From assembly GCA_964589775.1 (NCBI GenBank), contig CAZPUN010000021.1:146629-178628 (forward strand): 32,000 nt of DNA, in the 5' to 3' direction. The notes under the pieces were generated by a model. The model made no database searches. It was not told the origin of the DNA and was given only the letters and a program-made list of their open reading frames with translations. Shown one piece after another: positions 10,472 to 19,639 of the stretch. This DNA is from an uncultured archaeon. Lineage in GTDB: Archaea > Asgardarchaeota > Thorarchaeia > Thorarchaeales > CAZPUN01. The first letter of the stretch is position 1; each line of letters begins with the position of its first letter. A program made the translations under genes and the position numbers.

Positions 10472-11230
10472 TTATAAATTGATTATTTGTTTATCAGTCC
10501 CAATAATAATATTACCAGAATAATGCTTTTGCAATGTTTCTAGTTCGTGTTCCTGTTCTGCGAACCACATTGGGTAAATGTGTACCAGAATCACGGATTT
10601 TGGATTTGCTTTTTCAAGAATTTCAGCCATCTGTGATGTAACTGTATGAACTGTAGATTTTTCTTTTAATGAGTCTGGGAATGCAAGTTCATGAATTAGA
10701 AGATCTATCCCCGTTGCTGCTTCGATTATTTCGTTTGTGGGTACGGTATCCCCGGAATACAGGACTCGCTTGTCATCGAAGCTAATCAAATATGCAAGAC
10801 TAGGTGTATCGCCATGTTTATTTTTTATTGTCTTGACCGTTATGCCGTTGAATTTGATTGCATCGCCGAGTTGAAGTGGATTTACTTTGATCTTTATTTT
10901 GTCTTTTAGATATGGATATACTCCATTAAAGACAGCGTCATACCATTGTGTAATGTTTTGAGGTCCATATATCTCAAGTGTGTCTGAAAAGTCCTCTAAC
11001 CACATAGTTTGGACTAACGTAGCAAAATCTGATGAATGATCCACATGGAAATGCGTAAAGAAAATTCTTTTAATCTTCTTAAAGTCAATTTCCAACTCCA
11101 TAAGGCGTCTTAATGCTCCAGAGCCAATATCCAATAAGTTGAATTCGCCCTTGTGCTCAAATAAAATAGACATTTGTGCTCTATTCTTATCAGCCATAGA
11201 TGAACCTGTTCCAAGTAATGTGATCTTCAT
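10472..11230 (-). CDS. Metallo-beta-lactamase fold hydrolase, RNase Z/ElaC-like
   Basis: ITLLGTGS, LLDIGSG, THFHVDH (HxHxDH), YSGDT, LLIHE and LVH motifs. Confidence 0.88.
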   Translation of the reverse strand: MKITLLGTGSSMADKNRAQMSILFEHKGEFNLLDIGSGALRRLMELEIDFKKIKRIFFTHFHVDHSSDFATLVQTMWLEDFSDTLEIYGPQNITQWYDAVFNGVYPYLKDKIKIKVNPLQLGDAIKFNGITVKTIKNKHGDTPSLAYLISFDDKRVLYSGDTVPTNEIIEAATGIDLLIHELAFPDSLKEKSTVHTVTSQMAEILEKANPKSVILVHIYPMWFAEQEHELETLQKHYSGNIIIGTDKQIINL

Positions 11231-11273
11231 AGATGAATGTAAAATAAAAAGAGAGTATTAAGTACTTCGACTT

Positions 11274-11879
11274 TTAACCAATTGAAATCAGCCATAACTC
11301 CAGAGATAGTAATAGATTCGCCAATAGTGGGAAAATGAACCATACTGCGTAGTTTTTCGCAGGAGCATAAAATCTGTGTTTGTTTCTCCAAAGCCATAGC
11401 CTCTTCTTGTATGCGAGCGGCTCTAATATGATAAAGTCGAAAATCATACTTGACATTGCTGCGAGAATACTTACAGTCCATAACATTATTGAGGTTGGCT
11501 GATTATTTCCGATCAGCAAAATGTAGAACCCACTATAAGGTCCTGCAATCGAACCAATCCATAGGAACAAAATCGATATTGGAACAATACCAACATATAA
11601 AATGTGCCTTCCTGTATTATACGTATAGTGACCCTTGGATGATACAATGTTTTCGCCAACCAATGATACAAGCGTAATAAAACCAATATAGGGTAGCAAA
11701 AGCTGCCCGAAATTGTAAAACATAATTATTAATCCCTGGATGGATAAAACAAAAAACGATGCTAAGAATCCAAGCCCATCCCTTTTCGAGGTAGTTAATA
11801 CCTCTCCCAATTGTGGAACTAACGTGATAATTTGCGATTGTACTTTTGAATATTGCTTCCTTATTAATGATAGAATCAT
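11274..11879 (-). CDS. Integral membrane protein, DUF422/CruF (carotenoid hydratase)-like
   Basis: Several TM segments. The motifs GE..G.YTY....VPI.I..LW and D..LEPLA....W.W....Y..A.NY..WF match the CruF/DUF422 pattern. Confidence 0.6.
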   Translation of the reverse strand: MILSLIRKQYSKVQSQIITLVPQLGEVLTTSKRDGLGFLASFFVLSIQGLIIMFYNFGQLLLPYIGFITLVSLVGENIVSSKGHYTYNTGRHILYVGIVPISILFLWIGSIAGPYSGFYILLIGNNQPTSIMLWTVSILAAMSSMIFDFIILEPLAYKKRLWLWRNKHRFYAPAKNYAVWFIFPLLANLLLSLELWLISIG

Positions 11880-12139
11880 ACTGATTCCTCTCTTATTTTG
11901 TTATATTTGAAATGACAAAAATATTTTGTTATTCTGAAAATATAAAAATTACGTTTTTCTTAAAATCGTAGTTGCGTGTTGTCATTAGAAATTAATTAAC
12001 TATTTGATTTTTTCATAGTGCAATCTTTCAGAAATATTTGCGTTGGTTAATTTATTACAATGAAATAATGTGTTAGAACAAAAAATATATTTTGTTAATT
12101 TGCGTATAACAAAAATGAAGAAGTAAAGGATGTGAACCC

Positions 12140-12499
12140 ATGTCCTCTGGAATAAAACTTGATGAACGGTCTATATTGCAGGCATTTATTGATTTAAAGG
12201 TGTCAGAGGTAATTGCGAAAATTTACATATATCTTGTCAAAGTAGGTGGTGCGACATCCAAGCAGATCATAGAAGGTACAAAGCTTTATCCATCAGCGGT
12301 ACGAAAGGCATTAAGTCAGATGTATCATGAGGGCTTTGTAAAGCGTATAAAATTAAGCAACGATAGAGTGGGGCGAAAGCCGTTTCTATTCAAGCCTGCG
12401 TCTCCGAAAGAAGTTATGGATCGATTGATGATACGTGTCAAGGAACGTTTTCAAAAGTTACAATATCTTAATCAATATTTTGAAAAAAGGAAAGATTAA
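12140..12499 (+). CDS. TrmB-family winged HTH transcriptional regulator
   Basis: AKIYIYLVKVGGATSKQIIEGTKLYPSAVRKALSQM..EGFVKR..GRKPFLFKPASP. AAGGA lies upstream. Confidence 0.85.
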   Translation: MSSGIKLDERSILQAFIDLKVSEVIAKIYIYLVKVGGATSKQIIEGTKLYPSAVRKALSQMYHEGFVKRIKLSNDRVGRKPFLFKPASPKEVMDRLMIRVKERFQKLQYLNQYFEKRKD

Positions 12500-13377
12500 T
12501 CGCTGACTGAATACACCCAATCAGCGCACTGTTCTATTGTTCCATTGTCATTTGCAAATATTAATGTCTGTCTATCAATTGTGATTGTTGTAAATATTTT
12601 TGCCAATTTTTTGGAGAAAATTTCGTTTGAAATGTCTGCCCAGCCATCCCATAGAAGTAATGTGCTATCTGTGTAATCTATTAATGACATGAGAAATGAA
12701 TATCCGAGCGTTATTCTTGTATCTCTATCTAATGTTTGCCAGTATTTCCATTCATTATCGATCATATAATCGACATCTATTGGTGGTATTGGGTCTGTAA
12801 TAATTTCGTTAGGTGGACAATTAATACGTAATTTGTAATTCTTATCCGTAATGCGATTCAGAATATGTTCTGCTTCGTTAATCAAATTTTGTTTGTTTGC
12901 CCGCAGTCTTTTGCAAATCAAATCTGTGAAGCTATTTACGAAATATTGCATTGGGTCTCCATAATGCGGTATTGCAACTACACGATCGATAAGTGAAATA
13001 CCAAACATAGCTCTTAGCGATCTTATGGCATCTTGATTTTTTTCTTCATTATCTACTTGCCATTTAATCTTATCAGGATATATTTCGGTATGTATCTGCG
13101 TTTCGTATTCGTCATAACCTACAAATAGATCAATTTCGGCTTTTTCTTTTTCTCCTATTATATCTTTCAAATTTCGTCCGACGATACGTTCGTCTGTAAC
13201 CCCTAACGCTATTGCAACAGCCTTAAAAATATCCGTTTTTCCGCTATACTGTTCGCCTTTAATTAATGTTATACCCGGTTGGAAATTATATTCGAGTTCG
13301 TCATATAAATATATATTCTTTAATCTTATCGTATTTATTACAAGCCCTGGTAGAACATTATCTGTTATTGTTGCCAT
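12496..13377 (-). CDS. SMC/Rad50-like ATPase head domain lacking a coiled coil; degenerate motifs
   Basis: IRLKN..F.PGITLIKGEQYSGKT (Walker A). The C-terminal half has LDRDTR in place of LSGGE and LLLWDG in place of hhhhDE. Start placed at ATG 13377 behind GGTGG, because the track's extension overlaps the next gene. Confidence 0.75.
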   Translation of the reverse strand: MATITDNVLPGLVINTIRLKNIYLYDELEYNFQPGITLIKGEQYSGKTDIFKAVAIALGVTDERIVGRNLKDIIGEKEKAEIDLFVGYDEYETQIHTEIYPDKIKWQVDNEEKNQDAIRSLRAMFGISLIDRVVAIPHYGDPMQYFVNSFTDLICKRLRANKQNLINEAEHILNRITDKNYKLRINCPPNEIITDPIPPIDVDYMIDNEWKYWQTLDRDTRITLGYSFLMSLIDYTDSTLLLWDGWADISNEIFSKKLAKIFTTITIDRQTLIFANDNGTIEQCADWVYSVSD

Positions 13378-13448
13378 AAATGGTCCACCCTCTTCAAGTT
13401 GAATACGAAATAAAATAATAGAGAAGTGGGTATGTGAATACCCTTCGC

Positions 13449-14009
13449 TTAATCTAAATATTTCATCATGAATTGTTTGCGCTGGTCCCACTTGCGCTCT
13501 AATCTCTGCAGTATTGTATAGATTCTGAAGGTGTATTCCCACGCCTTATCAAAGTGTCCTTGAGACATTTCATCTCTAAATTGTTCAACAACTTCATTAA
13601 TATTTGCCAAATCCTCAATAAGTGATGCGTCGAATTCCATTAATCTATCAAGTTCTTTATTGTCTATTTTCTGACTAGATCCCCAACTTGCATAACCATA
13701 ATCTGCATACTTGATCATACTAGTGATCTTTTCCTGTAGTGCCATAATATTCTCGAATGTTTCCCATGTGTTTGTTAGGTTGTATTGGACAACCATTTCT
13801 TGAAGAGTTGCTAAGTCATCTCCGATTTCGTCAAGCGTCTTTGCAAGAAAATCTCGAAGAACTTTATCTGATTCGCGTCGTTCTTCCTTCTCTTTATATC
13901 CATGATAAATTGGTATATAATGAGTTATCTTACCCAAAATACCGCTCTTAGTATCATGTGCTACCTTCTTACGCATACGCTTGGCAATTTCATCCATGTC
14001 CTTTCCCAT
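13449..14009 (-). CDS. Conserved helical hypothetical protein
   Basis: IP.Y.GYKEKEERRESDK.LRD and I.YADYGYA...L..L.EFD..L resemble a widespread uncharacterised archaeal/bacterial family. GGTGA RBS. Confidence 0.8.
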   Translation of the reverse strand: MGKDMDEIAKRMRKKVAHDTKSGILGKITHYIPIYHGYKEKEERRESDKVLRDFLAKTLDEIGDDLATLQEMVVQYNLTNTWETFENIMALQEKITSMIKYADYGYASWGSSQKIDNKELDRLMEFDASLIEDLANINEVVEQFRDEMSQGHFDKAWEYTFRIYTILQRLERKWDQRKQFMMKYLD

Positions 14010-14186
14010 TTAGTTTCACCCTAACTTGCGCGTCGTGCGCGCTTGTCAATACTATTTTCGAATCTTAGCCTTATAAATTATTAGTCTTGAGTGGTATAAT
14101 ATGTCGTTTCAATTGCATTTCAGCTGAATATATGAAAATATACTCCTACATGTATTAAAATTAAAAAAATATGGGATATTGAAGTC

Positions 14187-15266
14187 TCATACACCGCGTA
14201 GAAAGCCTAAATACTTTTTAACGAGTGCATTTGTTTCATTTTCGAATGTTTTTTCATCTTTTTCTTCCGTTATGATTTTTTCAATATTGTCTAATATGTT
14301 TGTTAGGCCATCTCTAAGTATTTTGCCGCCTCTGTTTGTAATTATGTATCCACCAATCTTTTCGCGTAATTCTAAAATTATTTTGTATTCTCCTGCCTCA
14401 ACTAGATCTATAGATTCCTTAGTTCCTAATGCATGTTTCATAAGTGTAGTAATTGCACTTAGAGCTCCTGTGAACACACTTTCATTTATGTCTACGCTCA
14501 TGAATTTATGTGTATATATTGGGACTCCTGTTTCATCTAGAATTCCGAGTAAGACAACATCATATGGTAAGATATATGCGACTCTTGGGTCTTTTGTGAA
14601 TGATATTGCGATTATGAACACTCCAATTGCGACTACTAGTAAAATCATAGAAGGCACAAAAAATATTTCCACCATGACAATAGCGATCATTGCACCATAA
14701 AAGGCAATAAATGAGCCTATGAGCAATAATAGTGGCTGCTGCTTATTTTTCACATCCGAATGCCTAAACATTTCATAGGTCATTTTCGTGAATTGTATTG
14801 CAACTGATAGCATAAATATTAATTGTAATATTATAAATGGGACTTGTGCTGCCGCATAATATCCAAAATCTGGTATTGTATTCATTGCAAATCCATTTGG
14901 TGGTGGGACTCTCGCTAGTAATAAGAACGAAATTGCACCAAATAGGGTTCCATAGACAAAACTCTTTGATACGCTTACAGAACCTTTTTTTGCACGTTCA
15001 ACAAATACGAAGACCATGAACATTCCAAAATAAGAAGCAATAACTCCAATTTCATACATAATGCATGCAGTATCAAGATCACTTACACTTGGATAGAGCG
15101 TTGAATGAACTGCCCATACTGCGAGTGAGATGTTTGCTATTGCAAGATATATTGAGATTCTTAATTTGTTTCCCATATATGATTTTAATAGTATTCCCGC
15201 TGAATACAACATTCCTAATGATGCAAATCCACCGATAATAAAATGAATCAACAGTGCATCTGACAA
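14187..15266 (-). CDS. Polytopic (~7 TM) membrane protein with C-terminal longin/sensor-like alpha-beta domain
   Basis: About seven hydrophobic segments, then LLGILDETGVPIYTHKF....ESVFTGALSAITTLMKHALG...IDLVEAGEYKIILE. TTG start with AGGAG RBS. Confidence 0.75.
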   Translation of the reverse strand: MSDALLIHFIIGGFASLGMLYSAGILLKSYMGNKLRISIYLAIANISLAVWAVHSTLYPSVSDLDTACIMYEIGVIASYFGMFMVFVFVERAKKGSVSVSKSFVYGTLFGAISFLLLARVPPPNGFAMNTIPDFGYYAAAQVPFIILQLIFMLSVAIQFTKMTYEMFRHSDVKNKQQPLLLLIGSFIAFYGAMIAIVMVEIFFVPSMILLVVAIGVFIIAISFTKDPRVAYILPYDVVLLGILDETGVPIYTHKFMSVDINESVFTGALSAITTLMKHALGTKESIDLVEAGEYKIILELREKIGGYIITNRGGKILRDGLTNILDNIEKIITEEKDEKTFENETNALVKKYLGFLRGV

Positions 15267-15379
15267 TTTATATTCTCCTTTTATTTGTACAAATATATAT
15301 TATTATATTATAAGCAATATTTTAGTATTTGCATCAAAAATCAAAAATCAAAACAAAAAAGAGAAAAAGAGTAAAGAAC

Positions 15380-16579
15380 TTACCATAATCTGTATTGTCT
15401 CTTGATAAAGCCTTCCCATACTTTTGGAAGTTTTTGTAGAGTCTCTTCGATAATGCCTTCGGCGGTCTTTCTGATTTTATCTACACCATTTGGAGAATGG
15501 ATTTCTAAGTTAACTTCAAATGGTTCAGTAATTGGTGCTCCGATCTGGCTCACTAAGTAGCAGTAGACTTGTTCAATGTCCGGTTCCTCTTTGATCAAGC
15601 GTTCTACAATTTCCTGAGCTGCTACATTGTATGTCTTTCCAACATGACTTACAGGATTCTTTCCAGCTGCCGCTTCAAGTGTCATTGGTCTATATGGTGT
15701 GATTAGACCATTTGCTCTATTTCCACGACCGACTTGTCCATCATCTCCGTGTTCTGCAGATGTACCAGTTACTGTTAGATAGTACAGTCCAACCTTTGGA
15801 TCGTCAGCATTATTCACAGTGACTGTTACGGGCTTATCGGTAATCTTTGGCGCAAGATCTAAAATTAAATCGTTAATTGTTTCCATGGTGTTTTGATATT
15901 CGTGGGGGTCTTTAACTTCGGTAGATATTATTGCAGCTGCTACTGTAAGATGTATATTATCGCCTCTTCGGACTCCCATGACTTTTATATCTTCACCGAT
16001 TTGTGGATATTTCTTTTTGGTCTTTGGGCTGTTTAATAATTGTTCGGCTTCAAATACAATTTTCTCAGTATCTGTAAGAGGTGCATATGCCACACCGAAA
16101 GATGTATCATTTGCTCGTGGGATTTCGATGTCCCCCTCAAAGTTTCCAACAAGATCTGTGCTTCCCTGACGAATCTTGTAGTCGATAATAATATCGCCAC
16201 TAACGTCGAGATGTGGTAAATCTTCTTTCAGCCATTCCTTTGTGTGTTGTACGGCAAATTTTCCAATTGGTACTTTGTTTTCGAGATTCTTACCGTAAAC
16301 ACCTACTGCTCTTCCTACAAGTAATAGATAAATTGGTTCTACAATCTCTCCATTACCAAATGTTGCATTTGATTGACCGCCTGCAATTACACATTTATCG
16401 ACATTGTGGTGTAATACTCGTCCGAAAGTTTCAAGGTAGAACTCGCTAAGCTTTATTGATAATTCTTCAGCTGCTTTGTCTGCTAAACTGTCTGGGTGTC
16501 CTTTTCCCTTTCGTTCAACAATTTCTACTCTCTTTCTGGCGACTGGTACGCCCTTTCCTTCGGTGATTTCAATATTCAT
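15380..16579 (-). CDS. mat: Archaeal S-adenosylmethionine synthetase
   Basis: [68 protein letters not shown]. Confidence 0.97.
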   Translation of the reverse strand: MNIEITEGKGVPVARKRVEIVERKGKGHPDSLADKAAEELSIKLSEFYLETFGRVLHHNVDKCVIAGGQSNATFGNGEIVEPIYLLLVGRAVGVYGKNLENKVPIGKFAVQHTKEWLKEDLPHLDVSGDIIIDYKIRQGSTDLVGNFEGDIEIPRANDTSFGVAYAPLTDTEKIVFEAEQLLNSPKTKKKYPQIGEDIKVMGVRRGDNIHLTVAAAIISTEVKDPHEYQNTMETINDLILDLAPKITDKPVTVTVNNADDPKVGLYYLTVTGTSAEHGDDGQVGRGNRANGLITPYRPMTLEAAAGKNPVSHVGKTYNVAAQEIVERLIKEEPDIEQVYCYLVSQIGAPITEPFEVNLEIHSPNGVDKIRKTAEGIIEETLQKLPKVWEGFIKRQYRLW

Positions 16580-16838
16580 TGGGTATCAACTCGCTTAATT
16601 TTCTGAATTTTTCATCTTCAAAATGCTTTTTAATACTTTTCATAGTTACCAATTATAAAAATAACTCTCAGTTATATTTTTAATTTATGAAGAATTTTTA
16701 TTATTTTTTGTTCCACTTGAAAAATTGGCGGTTGTTTTTTGCTATATTTAAATCACTATCAGTTTTTTGCATATCATAAAGTATATTTAGAAATAAATTT
16801 CAAATCGAATATGTAGAATATATGAAGGGTACTCGAAA

Positions 16839-17378
16839 ATGATTATGATTACGGGTAGATTCCTAAAGCAGTTACGTGAAAAGGTCGGTATGACTCAGGA
16901 AGAATTAGCAAGAAAAGTCGGTGTATCACAAGCACATATTGCGAAAATCGAAACCGGTAAAGTGGATCCTAGACTTTCAGTAGTTAATAGAATTCTTCAG
17001 GTACTTCGGAATGAACAAGTTATCCTATTGAAAAATGTAATGACTCGTAGAATAATTACAGCTCGCCCTAACGACCCGTTGATTCGTGCCGCTGAACTTA
17101 TGAAAGAGCATGGAATTTCTCAGATTCCTATCATTGAAAAGGGCGTGTGCGTAGGTACTATAACGGAAAAGGATTTCATTAAGCATCTTGATAAGGATCT
17201 TGCAACGACTAAAATTTCTGAAATTATGGAGCCGCCCCTACCAATCTTTCCTGAAGATACACCCGTTCGAAGTATCTCGATGCTATTTGAAATTTACCCT
17301 GCAATTCTTGTTTCTGAGCATTCTACAGGCCGAATTGTTGGTATTGTCGCACGCTCAGACCTCGTGGGTACTGAATAA
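16839..17378 (+). CDS. XRE-HTH plus CBS-pair regulator
   Basis: LREKVGMTQEELARKVGVSQAHIAKIETGKVDPRLS followed by two CBS domains (ISQIPII, GIVARSD). Confidence 0.92.
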   Translation: MIMITGRFLKQLREKVGMTQEELARKVGVSQAHIAKIETGKVDPRLSVVNRILQVLRNEQVILLKNVMTRRIITARPNDPLIRAAELMKEHGISQIPIIEKGVCVGTITEKDFIKHLDKDLATTKISEIMEPPLPIFPEDTPVRSISMLFEIYPAILVSEHSTGRIVGIVARSDLVGTE

Positions 17379-17541
17379 CTATTTCAAGACGGAAATGCCT
17401 TGTGATAATCCTTATAATCATAGGGTTTATAGGTGTTGAACAATATCATACTGATAGAAAAATACTTAATAATCTAATTGATACAGAAGCGAAATGTTTT
17501 AAGTTATTTGTACCGTATTTTAAATTAGGGTGGTCATTTAT

Positions 17542-18192
17542 ATGCGCGATAGTTTAAAAATGTTGGAAAAGCTGCTCAGAGACCTCGACGTCTTCATAGA
17601 GCGTTGGGCAAAGATTCAGAACCGGTCCATCAGATCCATACAAATCGTTTCAAATAATCTGCTCCAACTAGAACATCTAAATGGGGACCTTGGCATATTT
17701 AATGATAATGAGGAAATTAGACAGCGCGCAAAAGATAAGTTGTATATTGTATTATTTGATAAGCTGATCCCCCAATTACAAGCCTCTGTACGTGAGTTTT
17801 CGACGCTTATGCGAATGACCGTTGCTATGCGAAATACTCTCTCGATTCTTGTCAACTTTGTGGAGTCTTTACGGTCTCTCGTAGAATTTGATAGGTCGCT
17901 CGAAAATATTCTTGGCTATTACGATATAATCTTAGATAACGTTGAGAAAGTTCTTGATATGTTTGAAACTGAATATGAAACGAAAATAGTTATTTATGAT
18001 GAGCTGAAGAATGGCGAACTAGATTTGCAAATCATCACAAATTATCTGACAATTTGGACTGTTGAACCAAATATCGAAGTTGATACATTGGAGAAATCAA
18101 TTCGCGATCTTGAAGAGAATTATGAAATTCTCCGAGCATCCTATGGGAAAGACCGTATCAAGTCTTCGAGTGTTTCATATATGCATGAATGA
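17542..18192 (+). CDS. Helical protein resembling the eukaryotic CINP/C1orf109 family
   Basis: 216-aa all-helical ORF with GGTGG RBS. C-terminal motif LDMFETEYETK......YLTIWTVEPNIE. The family call rests on recalled sequences. Confidence 0.55.
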   Translation: MRDSLKMLEKLLRDLDVFIERWAKIQNRSIRSIQIVSNNLLQLEHLNGDLGIFNDNEEIRQRAKDKLYIVLFDKLIPQLQASVREFSTLMRMTVAMRNTLSILVNFVESLRSLVEFDRSLENILGYYDIILDNVEKVLDMFETEYETKIVIYDELKNGELDLQIITNYLTIWTVEPNIEVDTLEKSIRDLEENYEILRASYGKDRIKSSSVSYMHE

Positions 18193-18210
18193 TATTGTGG
18201 TCTCTTTTTT

Positions 18211-19332
18211 TTAATTTTTATACGCCATCAGGAAGGCTTGCATATCGCCTATGAAAACTTTCGTGATGAATTGCAACTTAAAACTCTTGAACATTTTTAG
18301 AAATTTCTTATTCCCGACAATTACGCCTATCTTTAAATCCGGGTAGTCTCTGATAATCTTTGCTAATGCTCCATATATTGCATTAAGATTCACATTGCGA
18401 CCTATCCGTATTCCATATGGCGGATTTGTAATTACGAATTCCGTGTCCTCGGGCCATACGGCATCTCGAAAATCTGATTCTATGAATCTTATTGTATCGC
18501 TGGTAAATGATTTCTTCAGATTTAGTTTTCCACCCTCAATGTATTCATTTATTCGGTCGATGCCCACAAGATTTTCAGATTCCATATTTATTTTTCGAGT
18601 CAAGCTTTTCAGTACTCTACGGTACTTGTCTGGGTCAAACCATGGTAAATTTTTAAAATGAAAGTCATCACGAAATACTCCATTGTGTATGTTGCGAATC
18701 TTATGCGCAGCTTCGATCAAGATTGTTCCGGAGCCACAGAAAGGATCTACTATCGTTCCTCTTTGATAATCAGTAACCTCAAGGAGTGCTGCAGCTATAT
18801 TTGGCTTAATACCTGCTGGATGAAAGAATACCTTGTATCCTCTAAAATGAAGTGCATTACCTGTCGTTTCGATGGCAATTTGAATGTGATTATCGATCAT
18901 CCATGCGTTTACAATTATTTGTGGAAAATCTAGATTTACTGGCGGTCGATATCCATATGATAATTCGCACGAATTTTGTATCGCCTCTCCAATCGCTGCT
19001 GCTATATCCACACTTGTAAAATTATGTTCTCCCACACGTTCGACCCGAACTGCAAATGTTGTATGACGTCCGATGAATTTCCAATCAAATTCCCGTGTAA
19101 CCTTTTTTATATCCTCTAAGCTTTCTACGTGCTCGTCAATAAGAAGAATGTTAACCCGTTCTGCAGTTTTCAATCTTAGATTTAAATCATAAAATAAATT
19201 TGGTGGGCCGTCTATTATGATCCTCCCGGATAGCGAGCGCAGTACGTTGAATCCCTTTCGTTTAGCTTCCATTACTGTTATTTTTTCAATACCTCTCGTT
19301 GTGGTTACCAGATATTTCGTTATGTTGTACAT
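18211..19332 (-). CDS. trm14: THUMP-domain RNA m2G methyltransferase (Trm14-like)
   Basis: THUMP domain (TFAVRVERVGEHNFTS), ALHFRGY, VDPFCGSGTILIEAA and VITNPPYG. Confidence 0.85.
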   Translation of the reverse strand: MYNITKYLVTTTRGIEKITVMEAKRKGFNVLRSLSGRIIIDGPPNLFYDLNLRLKTAERVNILLIDEHVESLEDIKKVTREFDWKFIGRHTTFAVRVERVGEHNFTSVDIAAAIGEAIQNSCELSYGYRPPVNLDFPQIIVNAWMIDNHIQIAIETTGNALHFRGYKVFFHPAGIKPNIAAALLEVTDYQRGTIVDPFCGSGTILIEAAHKIRNIHNGVFRDDFHFKNLPWFDPDKYRRVLKSLTRKINMESENLVGIDRINEYIEGGKLNLKKSFTSDTIRFIESDFRDAVWPEDTEFVITNPPYGIRIGRNVNLNAIYGALAKIIRDYPDLKIGVIVGNKKFLKMFKSFKLQFITKVFIGDMQAFLMAYKN

Positions 19333-19639
19333 TTTGCATTCATTATCCTTTCGCGAGTTAGTTATTTATACTTTTGTAACTGGTCCCGTTTCATAAATTG
19401 TGTTTTTTAAATATATATTTGAAATAGATCTGTCATTATTATACGAAGTGAGCTTTCTAAATATGCAAGTTCTCTAATGGCAGCTCAAAGAATATAAAAA
19501 TATAAATTAAAAAAATCCTCGTAAAATCTTCGTTGTGTTTAAAAGTTAAACTTCGGCTTTAAGACGTTGATTTGGCATCATAAAACTTAAAATTTAATGT
19601 GATTTGTAAGTCTATAATTTTCAAGCACGAGGTGATCAT

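Noticed and set aside
11227-11481. 84-aa minus-strand ORF bridging the CruF-like and MBL genes
   Set aside because: It is mostly an alternative frame inside the CruF-like gene, with no motif.
13378-13542. N-terminal extension of the SMC-like ORF in the track
   Set aside because: It overlaps the upstream gene, and the ATG at 13377 has an RBS and coincides with the domain start.
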